Origin: a virus
Direction: 5' to 3' (one strand)
Virus record (IMG/VR): IMGVR_UViG_3300050119_000072
Coordinates: 22,656 to 86,655 of that record
Length of the DNA stretch: 64,000 bases
Numbering within the stretch: position 1 is the first letter of the stretch; each line of letters opens with the position of its first letter. Both the position numbers and the translations under genes were made by a program. Below are positions 27,055-36,193 of the stretch, one piece after another. The notes under the pieces are model-generated. The model searched no databases. It saw nothing but the letters and a program-made list of their open reading frames with translations, and had not been told where the DNA came from.

Positions 27055-27651
27055 CTACAAGTTGCTCCCGCCTGTCTCATCGATGGGCGGGGGCTTCTTG
27101 TGGTATCGTCGGTCTGCGCGTTTGGGTCGGCGGTTTAATGCCTGCTCGCTCCAAGTTGCCCATCGACAATTTGACGGCATGTAATTGCCGTCCCGGTCTG
27201 GGTATCTGTCGAGGGTTAGGTGTTCTGCGAAGCCGTTGGCTAATGCCCAATCACGGAAGCAGTGGACCGAATGCCATTCGGCGCACACGCGAATCCCGCG
27301 GCCGCCGTAGTATTCAAATTTCTCGGTCTTTGGATTCTCGCATCTATTCAGCATTGCCCTCCAAGCCCTGTATATCTTCGTGCCGTCCAATCCATGCTTC
27401 CGGTTAGCGCGGCCAGTCGCGGCAATAGCTTCGCGCTTTTGACACCCGCAACTCTTGGTATTGCCGCTTCTGACGCTTTCGAGGCGAGCGACCACCATTG
27501 TTCCGCAGTCGCATCGAAACCGCCAAAGTATCTTTCGACGTGTCCCCGCTTCGCGGCCCGCAGATTTAACCGCGGTCAATCTATTGAACCGCTGTCCAGG
27601 AGAGGTTTTTCGGCTATAGGGTGCGGCAGCCTTTGTCATGGGTCCATCCAT
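27055..27651 (-). CDS. Freestanding HNH-like endonuclease (YGGRGI type)
   Basis: GQRFNRL, CDCG, SCGC, YGGRGI.VC.EW, LTLDR...GNY.P.NCRWAT. Confidence 0.88.
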   Translation of the reverse strand: MDGPMTKAAAPYSRKTSPGQRFNRLTAVKSAGREAGTRRKILWRFRCDCGTMVVARLESVRSGNTKSCGCQKREAIAATGRANRKHGLDGTKIYRAWRAMLNRCENPKTEKFEYYGGRGIRVCAEWHSVHCFRDWALANGFAEHLTLDRYPDRDGNYMPSNCRWATWSEQALNRRPKRADRRYHKKPPPIDETGGSNL

Positions 27652-27701
27652 CGACTGAGGTTAGGCCCCCACAAGCGCGTCAACGCGGTGGGGGCCGCAC
27701 T

Positions 27702-27730
27702 TTTATAGAACTGAGTCGTACTCTACGCAA
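27702..27730 (-). promoter_or_regulatory. Sigma70-like promoter; a leader hairpin follows at about 27664-27696
   Basis: TTGCGT-N17-TATAAA; GGCCCCCAC...GTGGGGGCC inverted repeat downstream. Confidence 0.6.
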
Positions 27731-27756
27731 CGCTTACCAACCAAAGGAACCTCTCT

Positions 27757-28329
27757 ATGAGCGATACCGTACCCGTCATCCGTCTCGACCGATCAAAAGT
27801 TTTCTCCGAGGTGCACGGCGAGCGCACCCCGGAAGATCCGCACTACCACGTACATTATTGGCAAGGCGGCAAGGTCGGCAACGCCATCGTGCTCTTGCCA
27901 TTCGACGCCAACGGTCTGCTCGTCCCCGACGATGGCCGCAAAGAGCCTTTCATGGGCATGGGGTCGGACAGCAAGCCGGTCGAATATCGACCGCTCTATA
28001 ACCAGGCCATGCGCGACATGCTTGAGCGCAGGATGAAGCGGCTGGCTGTGCCGGCGGCGGCCGCCGACGCGGAAACCGACGAAACGCCTGGCGAAGGCGA
28101 GCCGGGAGATATGCCGGGCAATGATGGCGTGAACCTGGAGTCGTGGCTGCGCGGCGAAGCGCAATATCAGCCGCACCAGATCAAATCGGCGTTCAAAGAA
28201 CGCTACCACCGCAATGTGCAGAAGGTGTCGGAGATCGTCGTCGAGTTGGTCCTCGACGAAAAGCTGGTCGGGGAAGATGAAGTTTGCCCTGCTCTGGCCA
28301 AGCACCTGCCGGCGAAAGTCGCAGCCTAA
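27757..28329 (+). CDS. Hypothetical protein
   Basis: AAGGA RBS, GC3-rich. Confidence 0.75.
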   Translation: MSDTVPVIRLDRSKVFSEVHGERTPEDPHYHVHYWQGGKVGNAIVLLPFDANGLLVPDDGRKEPFMGMGSDSKPVEYRPLYNQAMRDMLERRMKRLAVPAAAADAETDETPGEGEPGDMPGNDGVNLESWLRGEAQYQPHQIKSAFKERYHRNVQKVSEIVVELVLDEKLVGEDEVCPALAKHLPAKVAA

Positions 28330-28349
28330 AACCACAGGCGATTTGTTGA

Positions 28350-28384
28350 AACGGCCGCTCCATCGGGGCGGCCGTTGTCGTTTC
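28350..28384 (+). terminator. Putative terminator hairpin
   Basis: AACGGCCGCTCC-ATC-GGGGCGGCCGTT then GTCGTTT. Confidence 0.5.
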
Positions 28385-28406
28385 TCTCGCGTGATCGAGT
28401 TTTGCC

Positions 28407-29306
28407 ATGGCGATGACGTATTCAAGCTTAATCGCCAGCAAAGGCAGTTCCGGCTCGATCGCCACGTGGGTGGCCTACTCGCTTCTGGATTTGCCGCCGA
28501 TCGTCGATGAGGCACAATCGCTGGTGTACGGCTTGTTGCGCTGCCGGGAAATGATGACGGAGTTAAGCTTCTCCGTTCCGGTCAACGGCTCATATATCGA
28601 CCTCCCGGACCGCTTTCTCGACCCTATCGGGCGCATGAAGCTAACGAGCTTCAACACGCCAATTCGCCACAAGGATTCCGGCTCGCTCCAACAAAACCGC
28701 AATTACGACGAGCTGTCCGGCACGCTCGGCGCCAATCCGTTCACAACCGTAGCGTCCTCCAATCTGGTGACAGTCGCGCTCGATGGCAGCGGGTTCACCC
28801 AGGACTCGGTGTTCAATACGTCGGGCGCCACGGCCTTTAACGGCGCCGCAATCAACGGCACGTTTCCGATCACGGATATTGCCGCCGATGGTAATAGCTT
28901 CACCATCGATATCTCCATTCTCGGCACCACGCCAAGCGCGTCTGGCGCAGGCGGCGGATCGGCTGTGGATTATATCTGCGACCAGCTTATCGCTGGCATA
29001 CCGCAGTGGTGGGCAATCTGGAACGAGCAACTCAAGTTTGACGTGGCGTTTAGCCAACAATCGCTCGGCAAGTTGCAATACTACCGCAGCCTCCCGTTGC
29101 TCTCGACCAGCAACCAAAGCAATTTTCTCACCAATCGATACCCGCAGTTAATGCGAACGGCCTGCGTCACCGCAGCCGCCGATTTTATGAAAGACGACGC
29201 CGAATATCAAAAGGGGCTCACGCGCCTCGAAACCCTCGTGCAGACCATCAGCATCGAAAATGATGGCCAGTTGCGCGGGATGGAATTGGACCCGTTCATC
29301 CCATGA
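28407..29306 (+). CDS. Head-tail adaptor protein
   Basis: MTYSSL...AQ..VY..LR.REM and YY...P.LS..N.SN.L...YP motifs. Confidence 0.75.
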   Translation: MAMTYSSLIASKGSSGSIATWVAYSLLDLPPIVDEAQSLVYGLLRCREMMTELSFSVPVNGSYIDLPDRFLDPIGRMKLTSFNTPIRHKDSGSLQQNRNYDELSGTLGANPFTTVASSNLVTVALDGSGFTQDSVFNTSGATAFNGAAINGTFPITDIAADGNSFTIDISILGTTPSASGAGGGSAVDYICDQLIAGIPQWWAIWNEQLKFDVAFSQQSLGKLQYYRSLPLLSTSNQSNFLTNRYPQLMRTACVTAAADFMKDDAEYQKGLTRLETLVQTISIENDGQLRGMELDPFIP

Positions 29307-31540
29307 CGTCCGATACATATTCCAGCACACTTGGCGTCCTCTTCATGGGGACAGGAAACGACAACAATACGTGGGGCACCAACGCCAACGCGGCCGTCTT
29401 TCAGATATTGGAAGATGCGATTGCCAATGTGCTCACATCGTCCGTCACCGGCGGCACGCTCGATCTTTCCGGTAGTCCGCCCCCGGCTGCGGCCTCACAA
29501 GTGCGCTTTGCTGCACTCGTGTTCACCGGTACGCTTGCCAGCGCGCAGACGATCCGCGTTCCGAACCTGCCAAAATTCTGGTGGGTCCAGAATGCGACCA
29601 GCGGCGCCTTCGCGCTGCAAATAGAAACTTATGCCAGTTCCACTGCCGGCACGCCGCAGACAATTCCGCAGAACTCTGGGTGGCAGCTTGTCTATTGCGA
29701 TGGGGCCGGCGATATCGTGGTATTCCCGTTCAATTCCATCCAGGTTCAAATGCCGGACGGCTCAAAGCTGCTGCCGAGCTATGCCTTTATAAACGACAGC
29801 ACGAGCGGCTTGTTTCTCCCGAGTGTAACGGTCACCGACGGCGCCATGGATGGCAGTACGTCGGCATTGCAATGCACGACGTCAAACCCGTTCCAGCCTT
29901 CCGATGTAGGGCGGCGTATTGTGGTGGCGGGCGCTGGCGCAGCCGGTGCCAATCTAGTTACTACGATTGCCGCGTATACGAGCCCAAGCGAGGTCTCCAC
30001 AACCGCCAACTCGCAGACTTTAGTGAGCGGCGCAACCGTCGCCTACGACGGCTTCAAAGTTGGCATCACTGCCGAGGGTGGCACATTCGGCATCATCATC
30101 AATCCATTGGGGATGAAGGCGTCTACAATTGGCTCAATAGTCGCCGGCGGCACAAATTACGCAATTGGCGACACCGTCGTTCCAACGGGCGGCACTGCAC
30201 TACGGAATTTCTTGCTCACTGTAGAGAGCGTGTCCGGCGGAGTGGTGACCGGGCTCACGATCACGGACGCCGGTCTCTATCATGCGGTGCCACCAAATCC
30301 TGTGGCTCAAGGGTCGACGTCTGGGTCCGGTTCAGGATTGACGGTCGATATTACTTGGGTGAATGCTAACCTTCTCTCCGCGCCAACGGGAACGTCGTTG
30401 CTGCCTGCGCTTGGTCTTTCAAGTTTTATGCAGGCGTTTGTCATTTTGGAAAGCGCGGTGGCGGCCGGCACCGCGCTAATCGCTGGCGGCGGCTTCGGCG
30501 CTCTTGCTGCCGCAAACACTGTTACGCAGCCGCTTCTTGCGCCTGGCGCAGCGCCGCTTCCTTACGTCGCCGCACAAATCAACGACAATCTGCACATCTT
30601 AAACGACGCCACAAACGCGACCCGCGATATTAACGTCACGCCTGGTCGCGTGCGCGATGACAGCGACGCCACAAATATCCAAGTCGCCGCGACTATGTAT
30701 AAGCGGCTCGATACCTCGTGGGTAGCCGGCGGCATTAGCGGGACGCCACAAGGCGCGTGCGATAGCGGCAGCAAAGGCACCAACCAAACTTGGCATGTTT
30801 TTGCTATAGGCTCATTGGCCAATTCGCCGGCAACCTACTCCCGCTCTGGCAGTACGGTGACGTTGAAGTTTGCCACAACGCCGCCAGGCGGAATTGGCAG
30901 CACTCTCCGTGTTATCGGGATTGGCGCAGGCTTCGACGGCATCTATCCTGTCACCGGCACCGGCACAGACGCGCTAACCTATACCAGTGGGACGTCCGGG
31001 ACCGTAAACACCACTTCGGTCCCCGCTGGAACTACAGCCGACCTATTCGATATTCTAGCGTCGCAAAGCTATAGCTCGCCAACCCTTCCGTCGGGCTGGA
31101 CGGTTAAACAATGCTTGGGCTCGATCCTTACGGACGTCGCAGACGCCAACATCATGCAGTTCACACAAGTCGGGGACGAATTCCGGCTGAGTGTGATGGT
31201 GCCAACGACCGCATCAATGTCGACCACTGCGTCTCTGGTCACGCTGGCAGCGTTGCCATTGGGTGTGAAGGTATATGCGGAACTGCGAATCTATTTCAGT
31301 CCCGGTGCAGCCGGCACTCAAATTGGTTTTATGCTGCAATCGCCGGATGAAACAGGCGTCAACGCCGCTCTCACCATTCCTGGTACGTGGCAGAGCATCG
31401 TACAGCAGGCGAGCGAATTTGAAGCGGTAGAGCGCACGAATACGTCCGCTCAAGTTCTTACGTCTCTTTCGGGCACTGGCGGCACCGTTGTCACGTTCGC
31501 GGTCAAAGGCTGGCGCGATCCACGACGCCGATTGTTCTAA
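29303..31540 (+). CDS. Tail fibre/receptor-binding protein
   Basis: G.D.NTWG..AN anchor motif, DG...PSY.F..D..SGLF, mosaic beta modules, lower GC. Confidence 0.8.
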   Translation: MTSDTYSSTLGVLFMGTGNDNNTWGTNANAAVFQILEDAIANVLTSSVTGGTLDLSGSPPPAAASQVRFAALVFTGTLASAQTIRVPNLPKFWWVQNATSGAFALQIETYASSTAGTPQTIPQNSGWQLVYCDGAGDIVVFPFNSIQVQMPDGSKLLPSYAFINDSTSGLFLPSVTVTDGAMDGSTSALQCTTSNPFQPSDVGRRIVVAGAGAAGANLVTTIAAYTSPSEVSTTANSQTLVSGATVAYDGFKVGITAEGGTFGIIINPLGMKASTIGSIVAGGTNYAIGDTVVPTGGTALRNFLLTVESVSGGVVTGLTITDAGLYHAVPPNPVAQGSTSGSGSGLTVDITWVNANLLSAPTGTSLLPALGLSSFMQAFVILESAVAAGTALIAGGGFGALAAANTVTQPLLAPGAAPLPYVAAQINDNLHILNDATNATRDINVTPGRVRDDSDATNIQVAATMYKRLDTSWVAGGISGTPQGACDSGSKGTNQTWHVFAIGSLANSPATYSRSGSTVTLKFATTPPGGIGSTLRVIGIGAGFDGIYPVTGTGTDALTYTSGTSGTVNTTSVPAGTTADLFDILASQSYSSPTLPSGWTVKQCLGSILTDVADANIMQFTQVGDEFRLSVMVPTTASMSTTASLVTLAALPLGVKVYAELRIYFSPGAAGTQIGFMLQSPDETGVNAALTIPGTWQSIVQQASEFEAVERTNTSAQVLTSLSGTGGTVVTFAVKGWRDPRRRLF

Positions 31541-31543
31541 GCC

Positions 31544-33634
31544 ATGTCGCAGGTTTCCCCGCTTCCGATTGCACCACCGCCAGGCGTGGTGGTTACGGAG
31601 ACTGATCGTGTGGCAGAGGGGCGCTGGATTGCGCCGTTCGATAAAATACGATTTGTAAAAGCGCGCGCGCAGAAGATTGGCGGCAATATCCGCGTTACTT
31701 CGACGCCTATGTCTGGCACCCCGCGCGCAATGTTGGCGTGGCGCGACTTTCTGCAAAATCAATACGTTGCGTCCGGGACGTATCGAAAGCTCTACGCCTT
31801 CGATAGCGGATACAATCTCACCGATATCACGCCGTTTTCCTCGACCGGTTCGCTTAATCAAGGCGGCATCGTCGCTCGCGGCGCGATTACGGGTGGCAGC
31901 CTCTATACCAACGGCACCTATACGAATGTGCCTCTTACTGGTGGGTCTGGCTCCGGGGCCAAGGCAACAGTCGTCGTCTCCGGCGGTGTCGTAAGCGCGG
32001 TCACGATTACAGCACCGGGCGACCTTTACAAAACATCGGATAGCCTTTCGGCAGTGGCTGCCAATATAGGTGGCACCGGTTCAGGTTTTGCCCTTGCAAT
32101 CAGTACGATTGGGCCGTTTTTTACGACGTCATCGTCGACCTCGGTGCAGGTGACGAACAAGGCCCATGGACGCAATGTCGGAGATACCGCAATTTACGCG
32201 GCCGCTGCGACATTTAATGGCGTGTCGATGGTCGGCAGCTTTATTGTCCAGACAGTTGTCGATGCAAACCACTACACTGTAACCGCGACGGCCACCGCGA
32301 CTGGCACCGGGTTCGGCGGCGGCAACTCCGTCACTTACAGTGACGAGATCCCGGTCGGGACAGAATTAGGTGCATACGGTCTTGGCTGGGGCGTTGGTCC
32401 GTGGGGCCTGGGAGAATGGGGCAACGCGCGCGGCGCATCAACTATCTTCACAGAGCCCCGCGTTTGGTCTCTCGATTATTTCGGTGACATTCTGGTCGCC
32501 ACCTATAACGGCGGCTCGCTCTGGTTTTTTGATCCAACCCAAGACGAGCCATGGCCGCGCGCCGTGGCTACCTTCGAAAGCCAAAGTGTCGTCAGCGCCC
32601 CGACTAATTTCCGCGCCATGTTTATTACGCCGGAGCGGTTTATCTTCGGATTGTGCGACGCGATGGTGGTCAACGTCTGTTCGCAGGGCGATCCGACCAT
32701 ATGGACGCCGGCAACGACAAACACGGCCTTCGCACGCACCTTGCAGAACGGCACCAAGCTCGTCAGCGGACGAGTGCTGGCACCGTTCATTTCGTTGGTA
32801 TGGTCGGACTCAGCGGTCTACCTGTTCCAATATACTGGCTCGCAATTCATCTATAATTCCAGCGTGGCCGGTCTCGATTGCGGCCTGATTGCGCCCGGCG
32901 CGGCTGTGACCGTAGATGGCGTCGCCTATTGGATGGGAGCCGATAATTTCTACTCCTACAACGGCTCGGTCTCCCGCATGCCGAATGTGGAAGATATCCG
33001 CCAATACGTATTCGACGCGGTTCCCGACACATTGGCCTTCCAGTGCACGGCAATCTACGTCGCCAAGTACCACGAAATATGGTGGTTCTATCCGACGGCC
33101 GGCGCGACCAATCCGACCAACTACGTCATCTTTCACATCAACGATCAATGCTGGTCGATTGGCACCGCGGATTTCTATTCGAGCGCTGGCGTTACCGCGG
33201 CGCGCGCCTCCGGCACGCATTTCACGCAAGGTGATACATCGCCTTTGATGGCCGGGACGGATGGGTACATATACAACCACGACCCGATTGGCGACACATT
33301 CAACGACAACGGCAATCCGCTGACGTGGACGCTGACGCTCGCTCCCTACGCGTTGCAAGAGGGCATTCAAAATATCGACGTGGAAGGCATCCTGTTCGAT
33401 TTCTTCGAGCAAAGCGGCAATATATCGGCAACGGTCAATATGTGGGACCGGCTCACCGACCTAGCGCCGATCGATACGCAGACCTCAATTATCCCAGACG
33501 CGCAGGCCGGGTTAACGGATTTTAGAGTGGGCGGCCGCTATCTTGCCATGACACTCACCTCGTCCGATCTCGGCAACTACATGCGCTACGGAAAGCCGGT
33601 CGCTTACCCAAAGACCGCTGGGCGCCGTCGCTGA
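31544..33634 (+). CDS. Tail tubular/nozzle (stabilisation) protein
   Basis: IRF....QKIGG, WG.G.WG, WSLDYFG, CGLIAP, YWMG..NFY.YNG, EIWWFYP. Confidence 0.8.
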   Translation: MSQVSPLPIAPPPGVVVTETDRVAEGRWIAPFDKIRFVKARAQKIGGNIRVTSTPMSGTPRAMLAWRDFLQNQYVASGTYRKLYAFDSGYNLTDITPFSSTGSLNQGGIVARGAITGGSLYTNGTYTNVPLTGGSGSGAKATVVVSGGVVSAVTITAPGDLYKTSDSLSAVAANIGGTGSGFALAISTIGPFFTTSSSTSVQVTNKAHGRNVGDTAIYAAAATFNGVSMVGSFIVQTVVDANHYTVTATATATGTGFGGGNSVTYSDEIPVGTELGAYGLGWGVGPWGLGEWGNARGASTIFTEPRVWSLDYFGDILVATYNGGSLWFFDPTQDEPWPRAVATFESQSVVSAPTNFRAMFITPERFIFGLCDAMVVNVCSQGDPTIWTPATTNTAFARTLQNGTKLVSGRVLAPFISLVWSDSAVYLFQYTGSQFIYNSSVAGLDCGLIAPGAAVTVDGVAYWMGADNFYSYNGSVSRMPNVEDIRQYVFDAVPDTLAFQCTAIYVAKYHEIWWFYPTAGATNPTNYVIFHINDQCWSIGTADFYSSAGVTAARASGTHFTQGDTSPLMAGTDGYIYNHDPIGDTFNDNGNPLTWTLTLAPYALQEGIQNIDVEGILFDFFEQSGNISATVNMWDRLTDLAPIDTQTSIIPDAQAGLTDFRVGGRYLAMTLTSSDLGNYMRYGKPVAYPKTAGRRR

Positions 33635-33650
33635 TGTTAAGGAATACACA

Positions 33651-33881
33651 ATGAGACCCGTGACCATTGATCCAAATAATGTCCCGGCGGCCCTCACAGA
33701 AATTCAGCGGGCGTCACATGAAAATGACGTTTGCGAAATGGCGCAGAACTTCGATTTTGACGCGGCGGTGACGCAGACAACGACGCTCGCGGTCGGGACG
33801 CCTTCGCTCGACAACGTGGTCAATGTGCTCGGCACGCTTCTGCAAATCCATCAGCGCGGCGGCTTGAACCGCACAACCTGA
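33651..33881 (+). CDS. Small hypothetical virion-module protein
   Basis: AAGGA RBS. Confidence 0.65.
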   Translation: MRPVTIDPNNVPAALTEIQRASHENDVCEMAQNFDFDAAVTQTTTLAVGTPSLDNVVNVLGTLLQIHQRGGLNRTT

Positions 33882-34291
33882 TGGATGCACTTGGCCCCGT
33901 CGAAATTCGCTACGCGAAGTCGGATGAGGATATCGTCGCTATCCACAAGTTCCTATGCCATGTGGCTGGCCCGACCTTGCCAGGACCGATCGCGGCCAAA
34001 GAAAGCATCGAGGAAATCTGGCGCTGCGTAAATCACGACGTCGCGCTGATGGCAATTCGCGGGCCACTTTTGGTGGGCACCTTTGGCATCATCAACCCCG
34101 CGTTCTGGTGGAACAACAAAATAAAGTTTCTAGCTAATCGCTGGCTTTTCGTCATCCCAGACTCGCACGCGCTTTTGCCGCTGGTGCGCGAAGGGGTGGC
34201 AATAGCCAAAGCGTCCGACCTCGAGCTGCACGTCTATGACGAGGCCAAAGGTCGCCTCCTGATATTCAACAAAAGCAAAAACAGGAACTAA
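33881..34291 (+). CDS. GNAT-like protein
   Basis: IRYA...DI..I, LVGTFGI, WW, W.FV.P; typical podophage position. Confidence 0.55.
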   Translation: MDALGPVEIRYAKSDEDIVAIHKFLCHVAGPTLPGPIAAKESIEEIWRCVNHDVALMAIRGPLLVGTFGIINPAFWWNNKIKFLANRWLFVIPDSHALLPLVREGVAIAKASDLELHVYDEAKGRLLIFNKSKNRN

Positions 34292-34295
34292 AGCC

Positions 34296-35453
34296 ATGTG
34301 CTTTGGATCATCCCAGCAATCAACCACCAATACCTCGTCCTCCGGGCCGTCGTGGCTGACCGGTGCCGCGCAAAGCAATCTTACGTCGGCGCAAAATCTG
34401 CAATCGGCTGGCTTCCAGCCTTTCACGGGACAGATGGTTGCGCCGGCCAGCGGTCAGCAGCAAACCTCGTTCGGGCTCGCTAACAATCTTTCCAATTCGG
34501 TCAATGGTGGCCCGATTGGATCGGAAGTGTCGAACGTCGCCAATGCGGCGCCTGGCTCCGTGACGCCGTCCACAATCTCGTCGGCCATGTCGCCCTACAT
34601 GAACGCCTATGTTGGCGACGCGCTGGCACCCCAAATCCAAAACCTGAATAATCAGGAGGCGTTGCAAAGCCAGTTAACGCAAGGGGCCGCGACGTCCGCC
34701 GGCGCCTTCGGCGATCCGCGCGCCACGATGTTACAGCAAAACCAGAACGCCAATAACAGCCTTCAAGAACAAGGCCTTGTTGGCAACGCCTATACCTCGG
34801 CGTTTAATACCGCGATCGGCGCCGGCGCGCAGGACGTATCGAACAACCTCAATGCGCAGACGACAAACGCCAATCTCGCCAACACCCAGAAGCAAACCGA
34901 CCTCGCGGCAGCAAATTTGCAGTATGGGCTTTCGAGCGGCGCGGCCAATCTGGAAAACACTTACGGCGGCCAGCAAACCGCGATCTCGCAGGCAGGTGAT
35001 ACCGCCAACTACAATCAATATCTTTTGGCGCAGCAATATCCCTTCCTCACCAGCCAGAACCTTAACCAGACGATTCAGGCGGCCACGCCAGGCGCCGGGC
35101 AAACCGGGACGTCGACCACATCGACGCCGAACAATTCGGGGTGGGGATTGCTCGGCACGCTGGCGGGCGTGGCGGCCGCGCCGTTCACAGGCGGACTGTC
35201 CCTCGCCGGATCGACGGCTCTCAATTTGGGCAACGCCGGCGGCACAGGCGGCGGACTCGGTGGCCTATACGCAGACGGCGGCCGCCCACCTGTCGGGAAG
35301 CCTTCAATCGTCGGCGAGCGCGGTCCGGAACTGTTCGTGCCCGATCGTCCCGGCACCATCATCCCGCATGAAGTGCTGCAAGCCGCGCGCAACAAGCGCG
35401 AGGCCAAGCACGGCAAGCCGAAGAAGAACATCAAACTCGGCATCGCGGCGTAA
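34296..35453 (+). CDS. Ejection/pilot protein
   Basis: MCFG.S..ST N-terminus, MSPY, GAFG..R, Gln/Asn/Ala-rich. Confidence 0.75.
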   Translation: MCFGSSQQSTTNTSSSGPSWLTGAAQSNLTSAQNLQSAGFQPFTGQMVAPASGQQQTSFGLANNLSNSVNGGPIGSEVSNVANAAPGSVTPSTISSAMSPYMNAYVGDALAPQIQNLNNQEALQSQLTQGAATSAGAFGDPRATMLQQNQNANNSLQEQGLVGNAYTSAFNTAIGAGAQDVSNNLNAQTTNANLANTQKQTDLAAANLQYGLSSGAANLENTYGGQQTAISQAGDTANYNQYLLAQQYPFLTSQNLNQTIQAATPGAGQTGTSTTSTPNNSGWGLLGTLAGVAAAPFTGGLSLAGSTALNLGNAGGTGGGLGGLYADGGRPPVGKPSIVGERGPELFVPDRPGTIIPHEVLQAARNKREAKHGKPKKNIKLGIAA

Positions 35454-35456
35454 GGA

Positions 35457-36122
35457 CTATATCAGGCGTCCGGTCTCGCGTGCATAGTCGATGGGGTCCT
35501 TGCGGCCCTTCGCCATGTTGCATGCGGGACAAAGGACTTGAATGTTCTTTGGCCAATTTGAGCCGCCCTTAGATAAGGGAATGATGTGGTCGACGTGATA
35601 TTGTCTGCCCAGTTTCTTTGGGCAATAAGCGCACTGGCCGGATTGGCGCTTTATGATGCTTGCCACGTCTGAGGCGGTATGAACGCCTTCGGCATGCTTC
35701 TCTCGTGCGCGGCGCGCGCGTGAAGCGTTCGCGCGTTGCGTCGGATATCTCTTCGCGTATTCGCGCCATAACGCGCGGCGAACGGATGGCGGCCTGTTCT
35801 TTGACTTTGCCACCAACGCAGCCCATTTTTCTGGGTTGCGGCGTTTCCAATCTCTTAGTTTCTCACGGCGGACTGCCTTGTCTTTTTTGTTAACGTGCTT
35901 TCTCCAATAAGCTCTGCACCGCTCTCTATTGTTTTCCTGCCATATTTTTCCATAGTTTTTGTCTCTTGGTTTTTTGCATTTGATACAGGCGACACATCTT
36001 CCTTCGTAAACGTATCGCTCAGAAACGTGTCCATTCGGACATGGCTCGCCCGTAAAATATCGCTTTGCGCCGATAGCGCGAGCTTCGCTCTTAGACAGAA
36101 TCGGGTGCTGCGGATCGGCCAT
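35457..36122 (-). CDS. Freestanding HNH homing endonuclease
   Basis: RYFTGEPCPNGHVSERY, CAYC, HVDHIIPLSKGGSN...NIQVLC..CN. Confidence 0.9.
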   Translation of the reverse strand: MADPQHPILSKSEARAIGAKRYFTGEPCPNGHVSERYVYEGRCVACIKCKKPRDKNYGKIWQENNRERCRAYWRKHVNKKDKAVRREKLRDWKRRNPEKWAALVAKSKNRPPSVRRALWREYAKRYPTQRANASRARRAREKHAEGVHTASDVASIIKRQSGQCAYCPKKLGRQYHVDHIIPLSKGGSNWPKNIQVLCPACNMAKGRKDPIDYARETGRLI

Positions 36123-36127
36123 TTGCT

Positions 36128-36155
36128 ATCTTAGCGGCGCGTAATCTGAATCCAA
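36128..36155 (-). promoter_or_regulatory. Sigma70-like promoter (leaderless)
   Basis: TTGGAT-N16-TAAGAT-N5-ATG. Confidence 0.5.
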
Positions 36156-36193
36156 CATCAAAAAGCTTCGTCGGAATACGACGGGAGGATATC

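Noticed and set aside
25968-27750. Group I introns around the freestanding HNH genes
   Set aside because: No P/Q/R/S cores seen and flanking genes appear intact
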